DNA from: Bdellovibrionia bacterium
GTDB lineage: Bacteria > Bdellovibrionota > UBA1018
Length of the DNA: 14,813 nt
Direction: 5' to 3'
NCBI GenBank assembly: GCA_049424145.1
Contig: JBMSSC010000066.1
Location: 1-14,813 of the forward strand
Both the position numbers and the translations under genes were made by a program. A model generated the notes under the pieces. That model saw only the letters and a list, made by a program, of their open reading frames with translations, did not search any database and was not told the DNA's origin. Numbering within the stretch: position 1 is the stretch's first letter; every line of letters starts with the position of its first letter. Positions 6,227-14,813 of this stretch are shown piece by piece.

Positions 6227-7725
6227 ATTTCATTCAGTCTCAACCTTGGATTGCCTGTTGTCTTTTAGAGACGAAAAAAGAACCCCACGGCGAGGCAAAA
6301 GGGCCTTTTGATGAAGCTCATCGGCCCTTTGATCTGCGCCTCTTTGCTCAGGCTTGTTATCGATGGACGCCGCAAATTGCTCTCAGAGGGGAACAAGGCG
6401 TGTTCCTTCATCTTTCGGCGTGTCGTAAGTTGTACTCAGAGACGGGTTTTAAGCGCAGAGTGGAGGCTTTAGCCAAGCGCTTTGGGGTCCGAGTTCAGAT
6501 GGGCTTTGCAACGGATGCACCGACGGCTCTTGCTTTGGCTCGAATCCAGGGCTCTGAGTTTTTAGGGTCCCATAGGCAAGCCCTGCTCTTAGATGCGTTA
6601 TTGGATTATGCAAGCCCCTTTCAATGGGATGCTGACTTGCACGCGTGTGCTCTGCACATGAGGGAGGTTTTAAAAAAGCTGGGATTGAAGACGTTGGGGG
6701 ATTTTTTAGCGCTTCCACAAGACACGCTGGCTTCGCGTTTTGGTGAGAAGGGGCTTGAGATGCGTGCTCGAGTCCATGGGCATTTTCTTTGGGCTTGGCC
6801 TGCATGGGAAGTGCCTGAGCGGATCATGGAGACTCAGGATCTCGAGGAAGAGGTGGGAGGGGAGGCTTTGCTCTTTGTGCTGAAGGGTTTGGTGGACCGA
6901 GCCATGGCGAGGCTTCGAGGCTTAGGGCAAAGAGCCGTTCGGATTGAGGTTCGAGTGCTGCTGAAGGGTTGGTCGACGGTTGAGGTTCGAAATCGAACGT
7001 GGAGCGTGGCTTTTGCTTTTCCCCAGGGGTCGACTTCATCGGTGATGCCTGTGATCCAAGAGAGAATTTTTTCAGATCTTCAGGCGTCGTCTCTGTCGGC
7101 TCCTCTGGAGAGAGTGGAGTTGGAGGTCCAAGAGGGGGTGCCTGGAAATCAGGCGCAAAAGAATTTTTTCAGTCAACAAGAAGAAGAGCAGGAGCGCTGG
7201 GAGGCTTGGGTCAATCGCTTGGTGGTTCGATTGGGAAAGGAGCATGTGTTTTTGGCGGCTCCGGTGAATCGGTACTTGCCTGAGGGGGCATGGGGGAAGG
7301 AAGAGGGCTTTTCTTCATGGAATTTGAGGAACTTCCATGAGGGCAGGGGGGTGAAGAATGCAGCAGACCCGTTTGAGCAGGCCAGCGGATCCGTAGCAGC
7401 AGAAGAAAAGAATCAAGAAACAGGGCAAGGCCTGAGCTCGGAGACTCGCAGGGTGATTGGGCTGAGACCCACTCGGGTTTTAAAAAAGCCACAGCCCTTT
7501 CGTCTTTCACATCCTCATCAGATCCAAGTGCAGGGGAAGACATGGAAGGCTCGAAAGTGGTCCGCGCTGGAGCGCATTGCAGGTGAGTGGTGGAGGGATC
7601 CTCAAATGCAAGGTTTTCACAGGGACTACTATCAAGTGAGCACGGAAACGGGAGAGGAGCTTTGGGTTTTTTTGGATCGAAACCAAAATCCTCCGGTTTT
7701 TTTTCTCCATGGCTACTTTGATTGA
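6223..7725 (+). CDS. imuB: ImuB, catalytically inactive Y-family polymerase homolog
   Basis: Motifs 'RWTPQIAL', 'LGLKTLGDFLALP...LASRFG', 'LRPTRVLKKPQP', 'ERIAGEWW...RDYY' and C-terminal 'FLHGYFD'. Lies directly upstream of dnaE2. Start is ATG 6223 (in the operator) or ATG 6208. Confidence 0.92.
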   Translation: MDFIQSQPWIACCLLETKKEPHGEAKGPFDEAHRPFDLRLFAQACYRWTPQIALRGEQGVFLHLSACRKLYSETGFKRRVEALAKRFGVRVQMGFATDAPTALALARIQGSEFLGSHRQALLLDALLDYASPFQWDADLHACALHMREVLKKLGLKTLGDFLALPQDTLASRFGEKGLEMRARVHGHFLWAWPAWEVPERIMETQDLEEEVGGEALLFVLKGLVDRAMARLRGLGQRAVRIEVRVLLKGWSTVEVRNRTWSVAFAFPQGSTSSVMPVIQERIFSDLQASSLSAPLERVELEVQEGVPGNQAQKNFFSQQEEEQERWEAWVNRLVVRLGKEHVFLAAPVNRYLPEGAWGKEEGFSSWNLRNFHEGRGVKNAADPFEQASGSVAAEEKNQETGQGLSSETRRVIGLRPTRVLKKPQPFRLSHPHQIQVQGKTWKARKWSALERIAGEWWRDPQMQGFHRDYYQVSTETGEELWVFLDRNQNPPVFFLHGYFD

Positions 7726-7741
7726 GTGAAGGGTTTTAGGG

Positions 7742-10700
7742 ATGTATGCCGAGCTGATGTGTCGAACGCACTATTCGTTTTTAAAGGGAGCCTCAAGTCC
7801 TCAGGAAATGGTCCAAAGGGCCTCAGAACTTGGGCTTTCTGCCCTCGCCATCACGGATCGAAATGGGGTGTATGGAATCCCAAAGGCGGTACAAGAGAGT
7901 CGCTTGCATCGGGGGCTTAAGCTGATTGTGGGAGCCGAGTTAACGCTGGAAAATCCCCTGGTTCAGAACTCCAGTTTCATTCTCCCGCTTTTGGCTAAGA
8001 ATCGAGCAGGTTACGCTCTTTTGTGTCGGCTCCTCACGGCCAGTCATCAGAAAAAATCAGAGGCCCGCTTGTTATGGGAGCCATTTTTGGAGCTCATGAA
8101 CAGATCTGAGCGCTCAGGGCTTGTGGCTCTCCTTCCGGTTCCGGGGCCAGCGCTGCCTCAATCCAGAGAGCTTCCTTATTCTGAGTTAAAGCAGGTGTTT
8201 GAGCAGAATCTGGCTCTGGCTTTGTCCCGAGTCTTGGATGGAGGTGACTCCTTTCGAACGCAGTTGGCCTTGGACTTAAAACGTCGCCATGGATTTCCTC
8301 TTTTAGCGACGAATGACGTGCATTTTCATGTTCCCCAACGAAAGCGACTCCAAGACACATTGACTGCAATTGGGCAAAACTGCTCTTTAGATGAAGTGGG
8401 TCATGAGGTATTCTCCAACTCCGAGCGCTACCTCAAATCAGCAGCGCAGATGCAGATCCTGTTTCAGGACTTACCTGAGGCTTTAGAGCAGACTCAAAAG
8501 GTGGCCTCTCAGTGTGAGTTTTCTCTCTCCGAGTTGAAGTACACCTATCCCTCCGAATGGATTCCTCAAGGCGAAACGGCACAAAGTTACTTGGAAAAAC
8601 TCACCTGGCAAGGTGCGCAGAATCGCTATCCTTGTGGCGTGCCTGATGACGTTTCCGCGCAGCTAGAACATGAGTTGAGACTCATTGAGCAATTGGAGTT
8701 TTCACACTACTTTCTCACTCTTTGGGAAATCGTGGAGTTTGCGCAACGAAAAAAAATCCTGTTTCAAGGCAGAGGTTCAGCTGCAAACTCAGTGGTTTGT
8801 TATTGTTTAGCAATCACGGCTATTGATCCCGTTCGAATGAACCTTCTTTTTGAACGGTTCATTTCAGCAGAGCGTGGGGAGCCTCCCGATATTGATGTGG
8901 ACTTTGAGCATGAGCGTCGAGAAGAGGTGATTCAGCATATTTATGAAAAGTATGGACGTCACCGAGCCGGTATGGTCTCTGCGGTGATCACTTATCGTAC
9001 GAAGTCGGCGCTTCGGGATGTTAAAAAAGTTTTAGGTGAAAAGAGGGTTCAAGAGCACCCGGAAGTAGCAGCGGCGTTAGCTCAAGAACTTCAAGGCGTG
9101 CCTCGCCACCTCTCCATTCACTCAGGAGGTTTTACCCTATCGGCCACTCCCATCATTGAGATCGTCCCTGTGGAGCCTGCTCGCATGCCCGGACGAAGTA
9201 TCATTCAATGGGATAAGGAAGATTTACAGATCGTGGGCTTATTAAAAGTCGACATCCTTGCCTTAGGCATGCTCTCGGCCCTTCGAAAAACCTTAGAGCA
9301 AGTGCATCCTCCGCTCACTCTAGCCAGCATCCCTCCAGAGGATCCCAAAACCTATGAGATGATTCGACGAGCAGAGACTGTAGGGGTTTTTCAAATTGAG
9401 TCTCGTGCTCAGATGAGCATGTTAAAAAGGCTTTTACCCGAGACCTTTTATGACCTCGTGGTTCAAGTGGCCATCGTTCGCCCTGGACCCATTCAAGGAC
9501 AGATGGTGCACCCGTATTTAAGAAGACGTCGGGGTTTGCAAAGCGCAGAGAGTCCAGATCCTAGGCTGGAGCCCATTTTAAACAGGACGCTAGGGGTGCC
9601 CTTGTTTCAAGAGCAAATCATGAAGATTGCGATGGTGATGGCTGATTTTACTCCTGGAGAAGCTGATCAGCTCAGGCGAGCCATTGGGGCTTGGAAATCC
9701 ACTGGCTCGGTGGATTCCATTGGAAGAAGGCTGATGCAAGGGCTTTTACGTAAGGGCCTAAGCGAGCAGTTTGTGCAGCAGATCTTTCAGCAGATCCAAG
9801 GATTTGCTGAGTATGGGTTTCCTGAGTCTCACGCCGCCTCGTTTGCTCTATTGGCCTATGCTTCAGCGTATTTGAAGTGTCACTATCCGGCTCAGTTTAC
9901 GTGCGCGTTGTTGAATTCTCAGCCCATGGGGTTTTATTCCTCCTCCACGCTTGTTGAGGAAGTGAAGCGCCAGCGGGTTCGGGTTTTCTCTGTTCATCCC
10001 AATGATTCCGAGTGGGATTGTACGGTTCATCAGGGCTCGGTGCAGTTGGGGTGGCGCATGCTTCAAGGGTTAACCCAAGCTCAGGGAGAGGGGATTGTTC
10101 AAGCCAGGCGCTTAAGAGCGTTTGAAAGCTTATTGGATTTTGTTTTAAGAACGAATCTCTCCGTTCGTCTTCTGAATCGCTTGGCCTGGGGAAATGCGTT
10201 TTCTTGCTTTGGGCTCACTCAGCGGCAAGCCCTGTGGGAAATTCTGAGCCTCCGAGGTCTGAGAAATCAGGGAGAAAGTAATTTTCAGCGGCCTGAGTTC
10301 AAAGAAGTGCAGTTGAGTCTTTTTCCTTTTTTTCGCTCCAATCACAATTCCTCTTTTCTTCCATTTCAACCCCTGAGTCCCTATGAAGCCATCAGTTCAG
10401 ATCATGAAGCCTATCAACTCTCTGTTCAAGGGCACCCTATGTGGGCATTGAGACAAGAGCCTAGCTGGAGAAGGAAACTGCCAAAAACCACCACACAGAG
10501 CTTCAGGCAGGCTGTGAGTTCGTCTTGGGTTTCCTTAGCTGGGTTGATCATCATTCGGCAAAGACCTCCGAGCGCAAAAGGCACGATGTTTGCGACTTTA
10601 GAAGACGAGTGGGGGTTTGCGGATTTGATTTTTTCGCTCCAGGTGTTTGAAAAGTATCGTGTTTTACTCGAGACTACGGCTTTTCTGAGGGTTCATGGTT

Positions 10701-10813
10701 TCGTCCAGCGCTCAGAGAACCTCAGGAGTCTTCAAGTCCGAAAAGCCTCCCCTCTTTTTGAGGAAGAAGAGCAGAGCTGCGATTTTGCTTCTTTGTCTAT
10801 GCCTTCCTGTTGA
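7742..10813 (+). CDS. dnaE2: Error-prone DNA polymerase III alpha-like DnaE2 (ImuC)
   Basis: PHP start YAELMCRTHYSFLKGASSP, QGRGSAANS, catalytic PPDIDVDFEHERREEVIQ and KVDILALGML, PRHLSIHSGG, YGFPESHAASFA, LLNSQPMGFY and OB-fold RQRPPSAKG...LEDEWG. About 1020 aa, with no C-terminal tau-binding extension. Confidence 0.97.
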   Translation: MYAELMCRTHYSFLKGASSPQEMVQRASELGLSALAITDRNGVYGIPKAVQESRLHRGLKLIVGAELTLENPLVQNSSFILPLLAKNRAGYALLCRLLTASHQKKSEARLLWEPFLELMNRSERSGLVALLPVPGPALPQSRELPYSELKQVFEQNLALALSRVLDGGDSFRTQLALDLKRRHGFPLLATNDVHFHVPQRKRLQDTLTAIGQNCSLDEVGHEVFSNSERYLKSAAQMQILFQDLPEALEQTQKVASQCEFSLSELKYTYPSEWIPQGETAQSYLEKLTWQGAQNRYPCGVPDDVSAQLEHELRLIEQLEFSHYFLTLWEIVEFAQRKKILFQGRGSAANSVVCYCLAITAIDPVRMNLLFERFISAERGEPPDIDVDFEHERREEVIQHIYEKYGRHRAGMVSAVITYRTKSALRDVKKVLGEKRVQEHPEVAAALAQELQGVPRHLSIHSGGFTLSATPIIEIVPVEPARMPGRSIIQWDKEDLQIVGLLKVDILALGMLSALRKTLEQVHPPLTLASIPPEDPKTYEMIRRAETVGVFQIESRAQMSMLKRLLPETFYDLVVQVAIVRPGPIQGQMVHPYLRRRRGLQSAESPDPRLEPILNRTLGVPLFQEQIMKIAMVMADFTPGEADQLRRAIGAWKSTGSVDSIGRRLMQGLLRKGLSEQFVQQIFQQIQGFAEYGFPESHAASFALLAYASAYLKCHYPAQFTCALLNSQPMGFYSSSTLVEEVKRQRVRVFSVHPNDSEWDCTVHQGSVQLGWRMLQGLTQAQGEGIVQARRLRAFESLLDFVLRTNLSVRLLNRLAWGNAFSCFGLTQRQALWEILSLRGLRNQGESNFQRPEFKEVQLSLFPFFRSNHNSSFLPFQPLSPYEAISSDHEAYQLSVQGHPMWALRQEPSWRRKLPKTTTQSFRQAVSSSWVSLAGLIIIRQRPPSAKGTMFATLEDEWGFADLIFSLQVFEKYRVLLETTAFLRVHGFVQRSENLRSLQVRKASPLFEEEEQSCDFASLSMPSC

Positions 10814-10849
10814 GTTCTGATCTCGGCTCAAGTTAGAGTGGGCCCTGAG

Positions 10850-12178
10850 ATGGACACTTCAAGACGCTTGAAAAACCGAGTGGGTATTCTAGGCGGCGGA
10901 CAACTAGCCTTGATGTTAGCTCATGCGGCTGCCCGGATGGGAATGAGGCCCGTGATTTTTGCAGAAAGCGCTGAGGCACCTGCTGCCCGAGTTCACCGAG
11001 ATGTGGTCCTAGGTGCCATGGATGATGAGGCAGCCCTCAGGCATTTCTTCTCTCAAGTGGATCTCGTTGTGTTTGAGAATGAATTTGTCGACTGTGATCT
11101 CCTGCGAGCTCAAGCCCAGGGCTTTGATGTTCGCTTTGCTCCTGATCTCTCCGTGCTTCAACTGCTCCAAGACAAGGTGTCGCAAAAGAGAACGTTAAAA
11201 AACCTAGGCATTCCGACGCCTGAGTTTCGTGTCTTGAGTCGCTCCTGGGGCCAGTTTTCCCGGGAAGTTCATCAGTGCCTTCAGTCTTGGAAAGGTCAGT
11301 GCGTTTTTAAGTGGTCTCGTCAGGGCTACGATGGAAAAGGTGTCCTCTTTTTTAGCGCCCAAGACGCCGCCCAGTCCACTCAGAAGCTCGAGGCGTTTTT
11401 TCAAGGCGCAAAAGAGCGAGGAAGCGATATTTATGCTGAACCTCGGGTGGTCTTTCAACGCGAACTGGCCATCTTGGGTGTTCAATCCCAGGCCGGTCAG
11501 TTTATGACCTATCCCCTGGTGATCTCCGAGCAACATCAGGGCGTGTGCTCCCAAGTTCTGGGTCCTGCTCAGGCCTTTGGGGTTTCCTCTGAACTCCAAA
11601 CTCAGGCTCATGACTGGGCTCAGAAATTGGCTCAGAAAACCGGGCTCAAGGGGGTCTTTGCTTTGGAGTTCTTTGAGTCTGCTCAGGGAAAACTCTGGGT
11701 CAATGAGATTGCCCCACGCGTCCACAACAGCGGTCATTATACCCAAAACGCTTGCTCCACGGATCAGTTTGAAAACCACCTGAGAGCAGTCTGGGGCATG
11801 TCGCTTGGAGAGGTTCACGTGCATCCTTGCTTTGGAATGATCAATTTACTGGGGCCCGAGAGCTGGGCAGGTCCGTTAGAGCCGGTTTTTTGGCCCAAGC
11901 TTGCCCCTCAGATGAACCTCCATTGGTACGGAAAACTCGAGAGCAGGCCTGGGAGAAAACTGGGGCACCTCAATGCTACGGCCTCCTCTCCTCAGCAGAT
12001 GCTCCAGACGATCCAGATACTTCGGCAGTGGCAAGCCCGCTGGCTGAAGACGCTTGCGCCGCAAAAAAAAGCAACTTTGGCCCAAAAAACCAGGGTTGTG
12101 AGCCCGAAAAAAGAACCTCATATTTTGCCTGAGGGACGCGTGAAAAAAAAGATCAACAAAGGGAGTTCCATTTTATGA
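10850..12178 (+). CDS. purK: N5-carboxyaminoimidazole ribonucleotide synthase (ATP-grasp)
   Basis: Motifs [50 protein letters not shown] and [15 protein letters not shown]. Start is ATG 10850 or GTG 10838. Confidence 0.95.
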   Translation: MDTSRRLKNRVGILGGGQLALMLAHAAARMGMRPVIFAESAEAPAARVHRDVVLGAMDDEAALRHFFSQVDLVVFENEFVDCDLLRAQAQGFDVRFAPDLSVLQLLQDKVSQKRTLKNLGIPTPEFRVLSRSWGQFSREVHQCLQSWKGQCVFKWSRQGYDGKGVLFFSAQDAAQSTQKLEAFFQGAKERGSDIYAEPRVVFQRELAILGVQSQAGQFMTYPLVISEQHQGVCSQVLGPAQAFGVSSELQTQAHDWAQKLAQKTGLKGVFALEFFESAQGKLWVNEIAPRVHNSGHYTQNACSTDQFENHLRAVWGMSLGEVHVHPCFGMINLLGPESWAGPLEPVFWPKLAPQMNLHWYGKLESRPGRKLGHLNATASSPQQMLQTIQILRQWQARWLKTLAPQKKATLAQKTRVVSPKKEPHILPEGRVKKKINKGSSIL

Positions 12179-12723
12179 GTTTAACGAAATCCTCTTCTCC
12201 TGTTGTTTCCATTGTGATGGGTAGTGATTCAGATTACCCCGTCATGAAAGAGGCGGCTCAGTTTTTAGATCAAATGCAGATTGCTTATGAAATGGCCGTG
12301 GTCTCAGCCCATCGCACGCCTCATGAACTCTTTGAGTTTGCTCAAAACGCCCACACCCGAGGCATTCGTGCAATCATTGCAGGAGCAGGCGGAGCGGCGC
12401 ATCTGCCGGGAATGGTGGCGGCTCTCACTCCTCTTCCCGTCATTGGTGTCCCCGTGCCCGTAGGCGCTTTAAGAGGCGAGGACGCCTTACTTTCCATGGT
12501 TCAGATGCCCAAGGGGGTCCCCGTGGCCACTGTGGCCATTGGCAATGCTTGGAATGCAGGCGTGCTGGCTGCTCAGATCTTGGCATCCAGTGGGGATCCT
12601 CAGTGGAGCTCTAGGCTTTTGAATCAACTCCTTCAGTACAAACAGCAACTTCGAGAGCAGGTTCTCGCCAAGAGGCTTGAAGGGCAAGCATCCCCGCACA
12701 AAGCAGTACGCCCCAGCTCTTAG
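12175..12723 (+). CDS. purE: N5-CAIR mutase (class I PurE)
   Basis: Motifs [42 protein letters not shown] and [20 protein letters not shown] overlap with purK. Confidence 0.97.
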   Translation: MSLTKSSSPVVSIVMGSDSDYPVMKEAAQFLDQMQIAYEMAVVSAHRTPHELFEFAQNAHTRGIRAIIAGAGGAAHLPGMVAALTPLPVIGVPVPVGALRGEDALLSMVQMPKGVPVATVAIGNAWNAGVLAAQILASSGDPQWSSRLLNQLLQYKQQLREQVLAKRLEGQASPHKAVRPSS

Positions 12724-13816
12724 CGCATTCTTGTTCGAGAAAAACTCCCAGTGGCCCTAGGAGTTTTTCCGTTGCCCCGCAGATTAAAAAAATTCCAAGT
12801 CCCACGCAGGTTAGTGCACCCCAAGATCGCTTCGATCCCCGCGTAGGGAGGCAAGCCTCCAGACTGACAGCAGCCAGAGGGAAGGAGAAAATAAACAAAT
12901 GCCACCACGGTAGGGGATGAATCACAGGAGTGAGCGCAAGCCAGCCAATCCACGCCTCAAAGGGCTTCATACGAGCTGAGGCTTTGCTCCAAACGAAGCC
13001 TAAGACCAAGGCCAGAGCGCAGGCCACGGCACTATCTAATGCAGCTTTTTCTGCAGGCACGTGCAAGTGCGAGAGTACCCAGCGCGTGAGGCTTGGGTTG
13101 TGGCGTCCTCGAATCTGCTCCGAAGTTAAAAGTGCGCCTCCTGAGGTGGCAGCCCTGCTCCAGGCCTCAAGTAAAGAGGGCTTTTCCCCTTGCGTAAGCC
13201 AGGCGGGGGTTGAGAGGGTCACTAGGGCCAGTCCAATGAGGAGAAGAGTTCTTCGGTTTTTTTTTCTCAGTCGAAATGAAACCAGAGGCAGGAGCGTGAA
13301 AATCTTTGTGGAAAGAAGGAAGACTAAAAGCCCACTTCGAATCCGGGATTTTTCAAACCCATCGGGGCTCCAGCTCCAGAGGGCTCCTGCTAAAAGTAAA
13401 AGCACGACCTGTCCATCGAGTGCATGCACGGCCCAAAGCCCCCAGTAAGTCACAACCACAATGAAGAGAGTTGGAGTGCGAGTTGTGGTGAAGCGCTGAA
13501 TCCATCGGATCACCCAGGCCAGAGAAGCCACCTCAAGCAGTCCCCAGACGAGCTTGGCGGACTGAAGCGGGAGTGCTGCAAAGGGGAAAAAAAGGGGGAT
13601 GCTCCAAGGCGGGTATTTGTAAACCATTCCTCCGTCCCGCTCTAACGAATACAGGGGCTCTCCGTGGAGCACGGCTCGAGCGGCATTCCAAAAGACCGTA
13701 AAATCATGCCCGTTTTCCATCGTGTCTCGGATCAAGGCAATAGCCCCTAAGCCTAGCATCAGGCGCAGGAGGATCTGAGAGGTCAAGGCAACACTCAGGG
13801 GGTTCCATTGTGGCAT
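12611..13816 (-). CDS. Multi-pass membrane glycosyltransferase, GT87/DUF2029 (GT-C) like
   Basis: N-terminal TM then '[19 protein letters not shown]...YKYPP...LFFPFAALP...A.LVW', '..GQV', a K-containing loop 'STKIF' and 'PLPWWH', with many TM segments. Confidence 0.75.
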   Translation of the reverse strand: MPQWNPLSVALTSQILLRLMLGLGAIALIRDTMENGHDFTVFWNAARAVLHGEPLYSLERDGGMVYKYPPWSIPLFFPFAALPLQSAKLVWGLLEVASLAWVIRWIQRFTTTRTPTLFIVVVTYWGLWAVHALDGQVVLLLLAGALWSWSPDGFEKSRIRSGLLVFLLSTKIFTLLPLVSFRLRKKNRRTLLLIGLALVTLSTPAWLTQGEKPSLLEAWSRAATSGGALLTSEQIRGRHNPSLTRWVLSHLHVPAEKAALDSAVACALALVLGFVWSKASARMKPFEAWIGWLALTPVIHPLPWWHLFIFSFPLAAVSLEACLPTRGSKRSWGALTCVGLGIFLICGATEKLLGPLGVFLEQECAKSWGVLLCAGMLALQASWREPALEVAVCTEGVDSKA

Positions 13817-14136
13817 GAGCCAAGTTTAGTCGAGAAAAGTGGAGAGGGTGAATAAAAAATGAGGACATGATCTTCCCAAAATGAAAGAAAGCAGATATGA
13901 AGGGATCTCAAAAGAAATCGACCGATCAGCCCGTCGATACCGATTGATGTAGGGCGATGCCTGTCGATTAAAAGAAGAGTTCGTCTCCTCTGAAGAACTG
14001 AATGCAAGCTAAAACAGCCTGCGTGAAGAAAAATTTGATTTGAGAGCCTGCATGAGAAGCTCTCTCAAAAAAGTGAAATAAGTTGACGCACCAGAAGCGT
14101 CTCACTTTCTTCTGAGAGGTGATGACAAAAGTGAAT

Positions 14137-14228
<92 letters not shown>

Positions 14229-14405
14229 GTCCAAGATTTGTTTTCAGTTCAAGAAGTGAAAACAAAGAACTGGGGCAATCCGTAAATCCCATTGGTCCAG
14301 TTATCAAAAATACGATTCCCATAAACCTTCAGGCTGATTCTTCACCCTTGGAAAAGGGTCGGGAGGGACTCATGGCTCTGAAGTTGGGGTGATGAGGGCT
14401 CATCC

Positions 14406-14667
14406 ATGCGCTATGAAAACAAAAACCCGTCCATCGATGAGCTGAACAGTCAGGTCCCTGTTGTGATCACGGGCACGCAGTACGTTCCACCTCCGGCTTC
14501 TCAGGTTCCATCTTTGATGAAGAAATTCATCAAACAGCTTCCAGCCTTAAGGAAAAAACTTCACCCCGTCGATTTTGTCGCTCAAGTTCATCTTCGTTTG
14601 GTTCATATTCATCCGTTTGTCGATGGCAACGGTCGCACTGCGCGTCTTTTGATGAACCTTGCTTTAT
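14406..14667 (+). pseudogene. Fic-domain protein remnant, truncated at both ends
   Basis: Intact Fic motif HPFVDGNGRTAR and flap 'VVITGTQYVPP'. The N-terminal helices and the usual G.YR before the flap are missing. Homology ends at LMNLAL, exactly where the IS left end begins. Confidence 0.75.
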
Positions 14668-14813
14668 CAAACATGCCGTAAAACCTCCTGGTTTAGCAGG
14701 AGGATATAAGGCATCCGAACTTTAGTTCGGCGTTCCTTTTTTGCTCCAGGTAAGCTAAATAGAGTTTTCGTTCTTTGAAATTCAGATATACGGTTCGAGC
14801 ACCAAAAAACATC
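14668..14813 (+). mobile_element. Left end of an IS200/IS605-family (IS608-like) element; continues beyond the window
   Basis: Layout TTAT|CAAACATGCCGT-AAAA-CCTCCTG-GTTTAG-CAGGAGG-ATATAAGGC: target tetranucleotide, guide tetranucleotide and subterminal hairpin (14684-14703), as in the IS608 left end. No transposase ORF lies within the window. Confidence 0.75.

Noticed and set aside
6219..6237. E. coli-type SOS box starting CTGTATGG
   Set aside because: Only a half-site; there is no ACAG at the N8 spacing. The CCATAC-N4-GTATGG palindrome explains the sequence better.
6052..6243. Acidic 64-aa N-terminal extension of the glutaredoxin ORF
   Set aside because: Low-complexity open frame overlapping the imuB operator and start. 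Family-like sequence and an SD begin at ATG 6051.
589..13645. Numerous 60-206 aa alternative-frame or antisense ORFs inside lexA, eutBC, imuB, dnaE2, purKE and the GT87 gene
   Set aside because: They overlap well-supported genes and show no recognisable motifs.
14083..14111. TTGACG as the -35 of a tRNA promoter
   Set aside because: No acceptable -10 hexamer at 16-18 bp spacing, so it was not called.

Overview
Bacterial chromosomal window of roughly 50% GC. Gene style and content tentatively suggest a Bdellovibrionota/Oligoflexia-like or other delta-type organism; this is inference only. The core is a split SOS mutagenesis (mutasome) system. lexA is divergent from an imuA/recA-like gene, and about 4.2 kb downstream lie imuB and dnaE2, followed directly by purK-purE. 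Both halves carry the same 16-bp palindrome, CCATAC-N4-GTATGG (1367-1382 and 6211-6226). It differs from the LexA boxes I know, overlaps a clear sigma70 promoter of lexA, and in both copies contains the probable ATG start of the downstream gene. The intervening block holds a lipoprotein with a PI3/PI4-kinase-like domain (signal peptide built from a 9-bp tandem repeat), a minimal eutBC ethanolamine ammonia-lyase pair and a glutaredoxin-like gene. The right end has a GT87-like membrane glycosyltransferase, tRNA-Ser(GGA) and a decayed Fic gene. The Fic gene is cut at a TTAT site by the left end of an IS200/IS605 (IS608-like) element. The first ~175 bp are a much higher-GC fragment of an ABC substrate-binding protein gene that looks foreign or chimeric.
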